Source: an uncultured Clostridia bacterium | GTDB lineage: Bacteria > Bacillota > Clostridia > TANB77 > CAG-508 | Reading direction: 5' to 3' | NCBI GenBank assembly: GCA_947625645.1 | Contig: CANQPE010000004.1 | Location: forward strand, 2,467 to 66,466 | DNA: 64,000 bases | Shown: positions 38,985 to 47,688 of the stretch, piece after piece | Position numbering within the stretch: the stretch's first letter is position 1 | Layout of the letters: every line of letters begins with the position of its first letter | Notes under the pieces: model-generated | Database searches by the model: none | Told to the model about the DNA's origin: nothing | Seen by the model: the letters and a program-made list of their open reading frames with translations, nothing else | Position numbers and translations under genes: made by a program

Positions 38985-39977
38985 TTATAAATCGGCAAGC
39001 GGGTTGTTTTCCACAGCATCTCTTACTTGTTCATTGTTAACATGAGTATAAATTTCAGTTGTAGAAATACTTTCATGGCCTAGTAATTCTTGTAAAGCCC
39101 TGATATCTACCTGTCCATACTGATACATTAAAGTAGCTGCTGTATGACGTAATTTATGGACAGAATATTTAGAAGGGTCTAAGCCAGCAGCCAATAATTT
39201 TGTGTAAACGATATGTTGAACAGTTCTTCTGCTAATTCTTTCTTTACGTTCACTTAGAAACAAGGCTTTTTGCGAATTTAGTTTATCTGTCTTGATGCCA
39301 GTTTTAGGTTTAACAGCTAAATATTCATTAATTGCTTTAATACATGCGTGATTCAAATAAATGGTTCTTTCTTTATTCCCTTTTCCAATCACCGTTAATT
39401 TATTTTCACTAAAATCAATATCGGTAACATTAATACCAACAAGTTCAGAAAGACGCATACCACAATTTAAAAATAGAGTGATAATAGCATAGTCCCTTTG
39501 ATGATTTCGATTATCTACACTGTCTGTAACTTGTAATAATTTTTTACTATCATCTAAATTGAGATATTTGGGTTGTCTTTTATCTAACTTAGGTGTTTCT
39601 AAGTTTTGAGCAGGGTTTGTCTCAATAGTATACATAGAGTCAGCTTTTTGACTTAAATATTTAAAAAATATTCGAATGGTAGAGATTTTACGCGCCCTTG
39701 TGGTTGCTTTACTTTTTTGTTCTCTTGCTAAGTAAGCAATAAAAGCATGGATATCGTTTAATTGTATTTTTCTAACGGTATCCATAGAGATATCATCAAT
39801 GGTAATTTTGTCAAAATCTGTTTCATTGGTTAATTGAAAATGGATTTTTATAAATTTAAAAAACATAGACAAGTCATAATAGTACTCTTTAATACTATTA
39901 GGGGACTTATTCAAAATAGTAGTACTGTAGTCTAAGAAGGCATTTACGCATTCTGGAACCATTTCAGAATGAATCAT
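38985..39977 (-). CDS. Tyrosine site-specific recombinase (XerC/D-like integrase)
   Basis: N-terminal SAM-like domain. NCGMRLSELVGINV, HKLRHTAAT, LLGHESISTTEIYTHV. Start set at MIHSEM, behind aaaggaaag. Confidence 0.85.
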   Translation of the reverse strand: MIHSEMVPECVNAFLDYSTTILNKSPNSIKEYYYDLSMFFKFIKIHFQLTNETDFDKITIDDISMDTVRKIQLNDIHAFIAYLAREQKSKATTRARKISTIRIFFKYLSQKADSMYTIETNPAQNLETPKLDKRQPKYLNLDDSKKLLQVTDSVDNRNHQRDYAIITLFLNCGMRLSELVGINVTDIDFSENKLTVIGKGNKERTIYLNHACIKAINEYLAVKPKTGIKTDKLNSQKALFLSERKERISRRTVQHIVYTKLLAAGLDPSKYSVHKLRHTAATLMYQYGQVDIRALQELLGHESISTTEIYTHVNNEQVRDAVENNPLADL

Positions 39978-40803
39978 ATGTATCACTTTCCTTTCATGGT
40001 ATACATTATGGGATAGGGTAGGGGGGAGCAGAGTCATGAATTCCCATAAATGTTTAATTGAATTTTACCAATAGTAAAAAATAGAGAATAGGGAATAGGG
40101 CACATGAAAAATTGAAAAAGGTAAAACAAAATTTTATTTTTTCTTTAAATATTTTTTAGCTTATGAAAATTTTTTTTTGCATTTAAAAAATTTTATAAAT
40201 TTAAAATTTGAAAATTAAAAAAATTTTGTAAATTTTTATCTTAATTCAATTTTTATTGTGTATGCATTATAAATTTTACTAAGTATCATTTTAATTAATA
40301 TTTTTATCATTTGACGCATGAAAATCCATTTTAAACAATTTTTAGTTAATAGCAATAAATTATATTAGTTAAAAAATGATTGGCATCAAATTAAAAATGA
40401 TAAACAGTATTAAAATAAAGCAATTATCCAGTAAAGCAAAAATTTGGCCAAAAAGCGACGCACGAGAATCGATTTTAAGCGATTTTTATTTTTTAGACAA
40501 CAAGTTATATGTGCGAAAATAGCTTAAAATAGCGACTTATAGACGTTTTTGCAAGGAATCAATTTTTCCCACCCTCTATTGCGCAAAACTTTGATTTTGT
40601 GCAATGTTTTATATTCAAAATTAATAAGAGATTTCCTCTCTTCCCGCCTTTTTTGTTTATTTAACTTATAAAAACAAATAATAAAAATGTATTCAATTTT
40701 TATTAATATACCATTGATTAATGATTGTGTCAATACTTTTTTAAAAAAAATTTTAAAAATTTGAAGCTTTTTTTAAATTTTCCATTACATCTCCCCTTTT
40801 TAT

Positions 40804-40994
40804 GATTGGATTTTCTTTTGCCGAAAGATTAAATTGACTTAAAATTTGTTCGTATGTGTCACGCACTAAACTAATTCTCAAACTTGCTTCTTGAGATTCA
40901 AACGCTCCCCTACCCTAATGCCACTACTTAAAAATAGACCAATAATTGCATTGTTCGGCATGTATTTTTACAATTTTGCATCGTAAAGACATTC
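40804..40994. repeat. 191-bp direct repeat, copy 1
   Basis: Identical to 41493..41683 except for 3 mismatches. The minus strand encodes an integrase-like fragment, ..NAIIGLFLSSGIRVGERLNLKKQ. Confidence 0.9.
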
Positions 40995-41171
40995 TGTATT
41001 TTTTTGGCTTCTTCGATATACAGTTGATAAATTACCATTTTCATCTCTAACTTTGCTATCTTTAAAAAATTCTTGCTGTTGTTTTGAAAGCTGTCTACCT
41101 TGATTGTCAGTTTCTATATCATTTCTATCAGATTTTTGTATTGGGTTGGTATTATTTTGATTTTTCTGCAT
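40968..41171 (-). pseudogene. Fragment resembling the N-terminus of conjugative-element or phage polyvalent proteins
   Basis: ..LSKQQQEFFKDSKVRDENGNLSTVY.. resembles the FK.WFGDSKVVDENGKPLVVYHGT start of such proteins (from memory). It is truncated by the repeat. Confidence 0.35.
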
Positions 41172-41191
41172 AGAATTATTATTAGTAGTAT

Positions 41192-41446
41192 TTACTGAGT
41201 AATTGACACTTTTATTACTCTGTGATATACTATAATAAGAGTTGATTGAACCAACTTGGGCAATTGGAGCCCTCTGTTCGTAATCAACTCTTGTAATCTT
41301 TTAGAATTAACTTGTAATATATTATTTTCTTTTATATTTTTTTCTAAAAAATTACTTAAGTTTTCTTTAGCATACATTGATGCAATTTTATTTACTTTTA
41401 AACGTTTTTCTAATTTATTAAAAATTTCCATTGTAAACTTAGCCAT
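41192..41446 (-). CDS. Hypothetical 84-aa ORF between the direct repeats, probably a gene remnant
   Basis: ORF only. No family recognised. Confidence 0.25.
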   Translation of the reverse strand: MAKFTMEIFNKLEKRLKVNKIASMYAKENLSNFLEKNIKENNILQVNSKRLQELITNRGLQLPKLVQSTLIIVYHRVIKVSITQ

Positions 41447-41492
41447 TTTAGCTTCTTGTCCATTATGTGTAGATCGTTCCTGTCTGACATTC

Positions 41493-41683
41493 GATTGGAT
41501 TTTCTTTTGCTGAAAGATTAAATTGACTTAAAATTTGTTCGTATGTGTCACGCACTAAACTAATTCTCAAACTTGCTTCTTGAGATTCAAACGCTCCCCT
41601 ACCCTAATGCCACTACTTAAAAATAGACCAATAATTGCATTGTTCGGCATGCATTTTTACTATTTTGCATCGTAAAGACATTC
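41493..41683. repeat. 191-bp direct repeat, copy 2
   Basis: See copy 1. The period is 689 bp. Confidence 0.9.
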
Positions 41684-41929
41684 CCTTTCATTTCTTATCG
41701 CCTATACGTTATGTATACTTGCAATATAGTATATCACAACAAATGCTATGATGTCAACACACAAATTTATATAACATCAAAAGAAAAAAATAAATAACCA
41801 AAAAAAACAGAATCACAAAATGCATAAACAACATCATTTACGTGGATTTCAGGACACGATATATAAAAATATTATTATATGCCAAAAATACATAAATATT
41901 ACACACACACTAGCATAAAAATATAATAT

Positions 41930-42040
41930 TTGACATATTATAAAATATGTGCTATTATAATTATAGCAATTACTTATTAGGTCAAGTAATATGTACACTA
42001 AAAAAGACTAGGAAGCTCGAACAATTTCCTAGTCTTTTTT
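41930..42040 (+). ncRNA. Candidate ~75-nt sRNA (promoter to bidirectional terminator), convergent with the small toxin-like ORF
   Basis: TTGACA (41930-35), 17 nt, TATTAT (41953-58). Internal hairpin attactt/aagtaat. Terminator agactaggaa/ttcctagtct (42005-42035) with T-run. Contains atatgtac, complementary to the gtacatat around the ORF start codon. Confidence 0.4.
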
Positions 42041-42044
42041 CTTA

Positions 42045-42113
42045 CTAATCACTCAAATGCTTTACAACTAAGTAAATTACATAGAGCTTTAGTAGCTGAA
42101 TTAGGTCTTTCAT
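42045..42113 (-). CDS. 22-aa hydrophobic peptide MKDLIQLLKLYVIYLVVKHLSD (type I toxin-like)
   Basis: Strong RBS aaaggaggg 5 nt before the ATG. Minus-strand promoter TTGACA (42182-77), 18 nt, TGtTATATT (-10 at 42158-53). A 5' hairpin cctttct/agaaagg (42123-42145) sequesters half of the SD. Ends at the bidirectional terminator. Confidence 0.5.
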   Translation of the reverse strand: MKDLIQLLKLYVIYLVVKHLSD

Positions 42114-42254
42114 ATGTACCCTCCTTTCTACCTTTTGGAGAAAGGCAACCTTAATATAACACAAATTGTTTTAATATGTCAAATAGGAATAAACAAAGCA
42201 TAAAAATATAATAATAAAATAAATGTTTTACAATTCACTTTTTTTACAAAATAC

Positions 42255-42283
42255 TTGTCGAATGAAGGAATTTATTGTATAAT
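42255..42283 (+). promoter_or_regulatory. Sigma-A type promoter of the paralogous small-ORF cassette
   Basis: TTGTCG, 17 nt, TATAAT (42278-83). Divergent from the minus-strand promoter at 42153-42182. Confidence 0.55.
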
Positions 42284-42324
42284 AAAGAAGCCTACTTTCT
42301 CAGTAGCAGAAAGTAGGGACATCA

Positions 42325-42429
42325 TTGAAAGACCTTATGAAGTTGCTTAAACTTATATTGATTTATTACATAATTTGCAATTGTTATAATTATAATAACA
42401 CATTTTTTATTACCTGTCAATATATGTAA
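42325..42429 (+). CDS. 34-aa paralog MKDLMKLLKLILIYYIICNCYNYNNTFFITCQYM (TTG start, possibly decayed)
   Basis: The nucleotide sequence tgaaagacct.a....g.t.ct.aa.ct.ta is shared with the 42045..42113 ORF. It is preceded by the 10-bp hairpin cctactttct/agaaagtagg (42291-42317). Confidence 0.35.
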   Translation: MKDLMKLLKLILIYYIICNCYNYNNTFFITCQYM

Positions 42430-42536
42430 TTTTCAAAATGTTAATTTATTTTTTTGTTTTAAAATTAAATATTTACTTAAATATAACTAGGCGAGAGATT
42501 TAATTTATGATGCTTTAGCATCTTTTTAGCAGGGAT

Positions 42537-42571
42537 ATTGACAATTGGTTTTTTCAATGCTATACTATTAT
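42537..42571 (+). promoter_or_regulatory. Consensus-like sigma-A promoter with no ORF downstream (possible sRNA)
   Basis: TTGACA, 17 nt (attggttttttcaatgc), TATACT. A T-rich stretch (ttgtcttttatttttttttg) lies ~70 nt downstream. Confidence 0.4.
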
Positions 42572-42953
42572 TAGAGACAAGATTGATACTGTTGGACAAT
42601 TGGAGTCCAGGACTATTAATAAATTGTCTTTTATTTTTTTTTTGCCTTTTTGCATAGACCGCTTATTATTAGCAGTGCTTTTATTTGAATTTGATTTGAT
42701 ATTTTGATTATAAAGAGATGTGTTGACTAGGCACATCTCGGCGAAAAGTTCATGACATCATATGAACTTATAAGTTACTGTAATAATAACATATTTTTTT
42801 TGATATTGTCAATATCTAATTTTTGTGAATTTGTCAAATTTTGATTTGTGTTTATTGTACTATATTGATTTTTTAGTAAAAATTTAGTATAATTAGGATG
42901 ATGTTATTTGTAAAGTAGTGTTTCTAAAAACAAATGTAAGGAGGCACAGATGT

Positions 42954-43154
42954 ATGGGTAAAACTAAGGAAGATTCGTTAGAACATGTGAGAAAAATTCA
43001 ACAGCTTACGGCAAAGAAGAAAGAGATACCTTCTTTCAAACCTAAACCACATCCCTTCTGGAATACAGAATGTCCAGACGACATATTCAAAGCACATCCA
43101 GATTCCGCACAATCGATTCTTTACCGGCCATATCGCAGGCAAAACAAATCCTGA
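42954..43154 (+). CDS. Hypothetical 66-aa basic protein
   Basis: RBS aaggagg 8 nt before the ATG. Promoter-like TTGATT, 17 nt, TATAAT ending ~42890. Visibly higher GC than its surroundings. No family recognised. Confidence 0.5.
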   Translation: MGKTKEDSLEHVRKIQQLTAKKKEIPSFKPKPHPFWNTECPDDIFKAHPDSAQSILYRPYRRQNKS

Positions 43155-43165
43155 AAAGTAGAACC

Positions 43166-43200
43166 CTAACCAAAAAATCCAGCTCACTAAGAGTTGGATT
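43166..43200. terminator. Bidirectional terminator shared by the 66-aa gene and rho
   Basis: aaaaaatccagc / gttggatttttt stem with flanking A and T runs. Confidence 0.7.
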
Positions 43201-43215
43201 TTTTGATTTTCACGT

Positions 43216-44574
43216 TTATTTATACAATTTTAAATATAAGTCCATTTTTTCGATAAATTCGTCATTATTTTTCGTTTCTGTCATTTTCTTAATGACTTGT
43301 TCCGTTACTTCAGCAACTGGTAAACTGTTCATTGCTTTTCTTAATGCAAAAACAGTTTCTCTTTCTTTTGGCGTTAATAATAAATCTTCACGTCTGGTTC
43401 CAGATTTATTAATATCAATTGCTGGGAAAATACGTTTCTCAGATAGTTTTCTATCTAAGTGGACTTCCATATTTCCTGTTCCTTTGAATTCTTCAAAAAT
43501 AACATCATCCATTCTGCTTCCTGTTTCTACTAATCCAGTTGCTAATATGGTTAAACTTCCACCAAATTCAATATTTCTAGCAGCTCCAAAGAATTTTTTT
43601 GGTTTATGTAATGCTGCTGGGTCAAGCCCTCCTGATAACGTTCTTCCTGAAGAAGGAATAACTAAATTATATGCTCTTGCTAGTCTTGTAATACTATCTA
43701 ATAAGATAACAACATCTTTTCCGTGCTCTACAAGTCTTTTGGCTCTTTCTAGCACCATTTCAGCTACTTTAACGTGATGATCTGGTAATTCATCAAATGT
43801 TGAATAAATAACTTGTCCCTTGATAGAACGTTTCATATCTGTTACTTCTTCTGGTCTTTCATCAATTAGTAACACGATTAATTCTACTTCTGGATTGTTG
43901 GTTGTAATGCTGTTGGCAATTTTCTTTAAAAGAGTGGTTTTTCCTACTTTTGGTTGCGCAACAATCATACCTCTTTGCCCTTTTCCAATGGGGCTCATTA
44001 AATCAATAATCCTCATAGCATATTCATTTGGTATGGTTTCTAATTTTAATTTTTCATTTGGATAAATAGGAGTAAGTTCATCAAACCTTTTTCTTCTTGC
44101 TGCTTTTTCAGGATGCTCGCCATTGACTTCTCCAACAAAGATTAAAGATGGAAATTTTTCTCCTTCACGAAATCTAGAAATACCTTTAATGACATCACCG
44201 GTATCTAAACGAAATCTTTTGATTTGAATCATTGAAATATACACGTCTTTTGGTGTGGATAGATAATTTTCGCCTCTTAAAAAGCCATATCCATCTGGTA
44301 GAATATCTAAAATTCCTTCTACAATTTCATCCCCCTCATTTGTTAATTTATAATCAACAATCGGTTCTCCATTTTCATCGTATTGGGTTTGATTAACTGG
44401 CTTTTCTTCTGTTGCCTCTTTTGGTTGTGTTTCAACTGATTTTTCTTCTGTTTTGAGAACTTGACTTAAAATCTCAATCAATTCTTCCTTTTTTAATTTA
44501 GATATATTTTTTATATTGTTTTCTTTAGCTAGTATTTTTAGTTCTGCTAAAGTTTTTTCTTTTAATTCTGGCAT
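43216..44574 (-). CDS. rho: Transcription termination factor Rho
   Basis: N-terminal SAP-like domain, an OB/RNA-binding region (GFLR), Walker [25 protein letters not shown]. Confidence 0.95.
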   Translation of the reverse strand: MPELKEKTLAELKILAKENNIKNISKLKKEELIEILSQVLKTEEKSVETQPKEATEEKPVNQTQYDENGEPIVDYKLTNEGDEIVEGILDILPDGYGFLRGENYLSTPKDVYISMIQIKRFRLDTGDVIKGISRFREGEKFPSLIFVGEVNGEHPEKAARRKRFDELTPIYPNEKLKLETIPNEYAMRIIDLMSPIGKGQRGMIVAQPKVGKTTLLKKIANSITTNNPEVELIVLLIDERPEEVTDMKRSIKGQVIYSTFDELPDHHVKVAEMVLERAKRLVEHGKDVVILLDSITRLARAYNLVIPSSGRTLSGGLDPAALHKPKKFFGAARNIEFGGSLTILATGLVETGSRMDDVIFEEFKGTGNMEVHLDRKLSEKRIFPAIDINKSGTRREDLLLTPKERETVFALRKAMNSLPVAEVTEQVIKKMTETKNNDEFIEKMDLYLKLYK

Positions 44575-44766
44575 AATTTCCTCCTTCTCATGTTATATAG
44601 TATAGCATATTTTCACAAAAAATGGAATACATAAAACTAAAAAAATAAAAATATAAAAGATTTTTGTATATTTTGAATCAAATTTTGTTACTCATAATTG
44701 TATTTTGAATAAAATATATTTCCAATATTTTACAGGTTAATAAGAATTTTCACTTATTAACCTGTA

Positions 44767-45042
44767 TTAATATCCTGTGTCCATATATACTTTTTCGTTT
44801 GGCAAATACATATCTAATTTTTCTCTTGCAATGTCTTCAATATATTCTTCAGATGTGATGTCTTCTTTCTTTTTGGCAAGTTCTTCTTTATGTTCTTTTT
44901 GTTCTTCAATTTGGGTGGCTAATTGTTGGCTGGTCTTTGCATATTGGTTTAATGTTTTTTGTTGACTAGCAAAAGTAAATACTGCATAAATAAGAACGAA
45001 AACGACAAATATCCATTTAAGAAATCCTTTGGTATTTTTCAT
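44767..45042 (-). CDS. divIC: Septum formation initiator (DivIC/FtsB family)
   Basis: A single TM helix plus a coiled coil, ending EYIEDIAREKLDMYLPNEKVY. Synteny yabP-yabQ-divIC. Confidence 0.8.
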   Translation of the reverse strand: MKNTKGFLKWIFVVFVLIYAVFTFASQQKTLNQYAKTSQQLATQIEEQKEHKEELAKKKEDITSEEYIEDIAREKLDMYLPNEKVYMDTGY

Positions 45043-45112
45043 CTGTATTCCTCTCTCCACTTCAATTTATACTATTATATTATTCTTCATATTTTACAAA
45101 AATCCTTCTATT

Positions 45113-45601
45113 TTATGACATTTTTTTGTGAATTTGTTGCTTTTTTTTCAAAAGGGGTGTTTTGAATGGGATTTTCGACAAATTTTTTCTTAAGTTGATA
45201 ATGATAAATGAAATCGGCTTAAATAAGCGGTGCATACATTTATCTAAAAATTGAAACGGTATTAGCATGATGTGATAGACTTTTTTGATTGTAGATAAGA
45301 TGGTATTTAACAAAAATACATTTATTTTCACAAAGTATTTACTAATACTAAGCATGTAGATAAGTCCCCCAAATAATAAGCCAATAAATAGATAAATTCT
45401 AATTTCTCCACTATTGAAGGTAAAAATAGAATATAACAAAATAATACCTGTCATAATACAAAATAGAATGTCTTCAATGTATGTCACAATGTCGTTCGTT
45501 TTGATACTTTTTCGTAGTACTCTAAAAAAATCAAACAAAATACCAATTATCATTCCAACGATAACAAAAATGATAAAAACATAAGCTTGGTTTGTAATCA
45601 T
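45113..45601 (-). CDS. yabQ: Spore cortex biosynthesis protein YabQ
   Basis: Polytopic small membrane protein with the motif FDFFRVLRK...IEDILFC. Lies downstream of yabP. Confidence 0.8.
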   Translation of the reverse strand: MITNQAYVFIIFVIVGMIIGILFDFFRVLRKSIKTNDIVTYIEDILFCIMTGIILLYSIFTFNSGEIRIYLFIGLLFGGLIYMLSISKYFVKINVFLLNTILSTIKKVYHIMLIPFQFLDKCMHRLFKPISFIIINLRKNLSKIPFKTPLLKKKQQIHKKMS

Positions 45602-45616
45602 AGCTTGTTCACCCTT

Positions 45617-45916
45617 CTATTTGAAAATTTTGCTAAGTAAACTTGCATTCTTCATTTTTTCTTGATCTTTATCACTATAAGCAAGGTACGAAATGTCACC
45701 TTCTAAAATGACTTCAGATGTATCAATGCTTAATTTATTGACACGGATATTTTCACCTTTTATGGTTAGTAGCCCTAATTCTGTTTCCACAACAACTACT
45801 TGGTCATCAAAACTAAGTACATCATTGACGCCAGAAATGGTTAACTTCCCCCTATTCTCTAAAATTAGATTTTGGATAATATTGGTATTCATACTTTTTC
45901 TTTCTTCTATTGTCAT
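45617..45916 (-). CDS. yabP: Sporulation protein YabP
   Basis: LILENRGKLTISGVNDVLSFDDQVVVVETELGLLTIKGENIRVNKL. Confidence 0.85.
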   Translation of the reverse strand: MTIEERKSMNTNIIQNLILENRGKLTISGVNDVLSFDDQVVVVETELGLLTIKGENIRVNKLSIDTSEVILEGDISYLAYSDKDQEKMKNASLLSKIFK

Positions 45917-46002
45917 AAGCAACCTCCTAAAATTCACTATTGATATATCATATTCTAAGGTTGTCTTTTTTAGAACTAAAAAATGGAAGCAAATTTTGCT
46001 TC

Positions 46003-47400
46003 CTAGAGATTTTGTACTTTTTCTTTGAACTTCTCTCCCCTTTCGACTGCATTTTTGAACATATCAAAACTGGCACTAGCTGGTGAAAATAAAACAACTT
46101 CTTCAGGTTTGGCATATTTTTTAGCTAAAGAAATGGCGTGATCTAAATCATTTGCAATATAGATAGGAATTTGTTTTTTTTGTTGTTCCATTTCTGCTTT
46201 TACGACTTCAAAAATTTTTCCGGTAGTTTGCCCCATTAAAATCAGAGTAGAGACTTTTTCTAATATGGGCTTTGCAAGTACTGAATAGTCTAAATTTTTA
46301 TCATATCCCCCAGCAATTAAGACAATTTTTTCAGTGTCAAAGGCACGTAGCCCTGCAATTGTTCTTGTTGGAGAGGAACTTGCAGAATCATTGTACCAGC
46401 TTGTGCCGTTGATGGTTCTTACAAATTCAATTCTATGGGCAACAGGGGAAAATGTTTTTATGGTATCAATGGCTGTATCTAAGTCCACAAGTGTTTCTGT
46501 TACCGCAAGAGCAGTAGCAATGTTTTCATAATTATGTTTTCCTTTTAAAATAACATCTTCTACATTCAAAATGTGTTTTCTAATTTTGTCTTGACAGAAT
46601 TTTATTTTATTTTCATCAATCATATACCCATTTTCTAATTTTTGTGTACTACTAAAAAATATCACTTTTCCTTTTGCTTCTTGGGCACAATTTCGAGTAA
46701 TTTCATTATCGTAGTTTAATACTAAAATTCCACTCTCATCTTGATGTTGAAAAATATTTTTTTTAGCATGAATGTATTCATCATAGTTTTTATGTATGTT
46801 TAAGTGGTTTGGTGTAATATTCGTAATTGCTGCAATTTGTGGACTTACATCCATCCCCATTAGTTGAAAACTACTTAATTCTAACACAACAATATCGTCA
46901 GGTGTGATTTCAGGCAATTTCGTAAATAAAGGGGTTCCTATGTTTCCCCCTAAAAATGAGTGATAGCCTGCATCTTGCAAAATGGCATAAATTAAACTAG
47001 TTGTGGTAGTTTTCCCATCACTTCCTGTTACACCAATGATTTTAGCAGGACATAGTTTCATAAATAATTCAATTTCCGTTGTGACAATGGCACCATTTTT
47101 TGCTTCTTCTTCTAATTCTGGTTGTGTGGGAAGGCAACTTGGAGAACGAAAAATAACAGCAAAATGATGTAAGGTTTCGAGTGCTTTTTCTCCAAAGGAA
47201 TAAGAAAAACCATAATTTTTAATTTTTTCCATCATATCTGTTGGAATTTTGGCTTCTTCTCGATTATCAAAAACTGTAACAGTTGCTTGATTTAGATAGA
47301 GATAATCTAATAAAGGAATATTGCTGACGCCTAGTCCAATAACAGCTACTTTTCGAAAACGAATAAAATTGTTAAATTCTTCTAATTTTTTGTTGTTCAT
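46003..47400 (-). CDS. murD: UDP-N-acetylmuramoylalanine--D-glutamate ligase
   Basis: GLGVSN, GVTGSDGKTTTT, NITPNHLNIH, LIAGGYDKN. Confidence 0.92.
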   Translation of the reverse strand: MNNKKLEEFNNFIRFRKVAVIGLGVSNIPLLDYLYLNQATVTVFDNREEAKIPTDMMEKIKNYGFSYSFGEKALETLHHFAVIFRSPSCLPTQPELEEEAKNGAIVTTEIELFMKLCPAKIIGVTGSDGKTTTTSLIYAILQDAGYHSFLGGNIGTPLFTKLPEITPDDIVVLELSSFQLMGMDVSPQIAAITNITPNHLNIHKNYDEYIHAKKNIFQHQDESGILVLNYDNEITRNCAQEAKGKVIFFSSTQKLENGYMIDENKIKFCQDKIRKHILNVEDVILKGKHNYENIATALAVTETLVDLDTAIDTIKTFSPVAHRIEFVRTINGTSWYNDSASSSPTRTIAGLRAFDTEKIVLIAGGYDKNLDYSVLAKPILEKVSTLILMGQTTGKIFEVVKAEMEQQKKQIPIYIANDLDHAISLAKKYAKPEEVVLFSPASASFDMFKNAVERGEKFKEKVQNL

Positions 47401-47529
47401 GATTTTTCACGTTCCTTTCTAAATTTCTTTTATCTTATCATGTATCTTCTCATTTTTCAATGTATTTTATGTATAATTTTAAAAAAAGTTGACACACTAA
47501 ATATAGATAATGAAATGGAGGTGCTTTTC

Positions 47530-47634
47530 ATGTCAAACAAAGATAATAACAAAAACAATAATAACAACAACAGAAGCAACAAAAATAACAACAATAACGA
47601 AAATCAAAACAATAATCAAAATTGCAATAACTAG
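47530..47634 (+). CDS. 34-aa asparagine-rich peptide MSNKDNNKNNNNNNRSNKNNNNNENQNNNQNCNN
   Basis: RBS ggaggt 7 nt before the ATG. A strong terminator follows immediately. 22 of 34 residues are Asn. Confidence 0.45.
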   Translation: MSNKDNNKNNNNNNRSNKNNNNNENQNNNQNCNN

Positions 47635-47637
47635 TTT

Positions 47638-47675
47638 AAAAGACATGTATTATTTTACAATACATGTCTTTTTTA
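47638..47675. terminator. Bidirectional terminator (Asn-rich ORF / upp)
   Basis: aaaagacatgtat / atacatgtctttt stem with a T-run. Confidence 0.75.
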
Positions 47676-47688
47676 TGTAAACTAGATA

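Larger units (their letters stand above)
38071..42900. mobile_element. Second AT-rich island, probably a decayed integrative element (boundaries approximate)
   Basis: Contains a tyrosine recombinase, duplicated integrase-like fragments, polyvalent-protein debris and long non-coding AT-rich stretches between dpaB and rho. Confidence 0.4.

Noticed and set aside
40140-40260. Recurrent words such as aaaaaattttataaattt / aaaaaattttgtaaattt, considered as iterons or an origin.
   Set aside because: The sequence is almost pure A/T, so such matches are expected by chance. There are no DnaA-box-like or Rep-associated features nearby. At most it is intrinsically curved DNA.
40804-41683. Direct repeats considered as a possible CRISPR array or iteron array.
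   Set aside because: There are only two copies, each 191 bp long with a 689-bp period, and they contain coding remnants of an integrase-like gene. No short regular repeat-spacer structure exists anywhere in the window.
42918-43154. ORF ending ..HPFWNTECPDDIFKAHPDSAQS.., first considered as the missing 3' end of dpaB (PF..DD..K..P.S).
   Set aside because: The resemblance is weak, and the ORF has its own strong RBS and promoter. A far better, colinear DpaB C-terminus in the correct phase was found at 37892..38005, right after the serine recombinase.
43070-43777. 235-aa plus-strand ORF.
   Set aside because: It lies entirely antisense to rho, has low-complexity S/L/F-rich composition and has no RBS. 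The same applies to other long antisense ORFs in the track: 24066..24560, 7690..8103, 25674..26051, 50114..50554, 18492..18854 and 37867..38082.
47440-47529. N-terminal extension (MYLLIFQCILCIILKKVDTLNIDNEMEVLF) of the Asn-rich ORF.
   Set aside because: The upstream ATG has no RBS and the stretch overlaps the murD promoter region. The ggaggt RBS serves the internal ATG at 47530.
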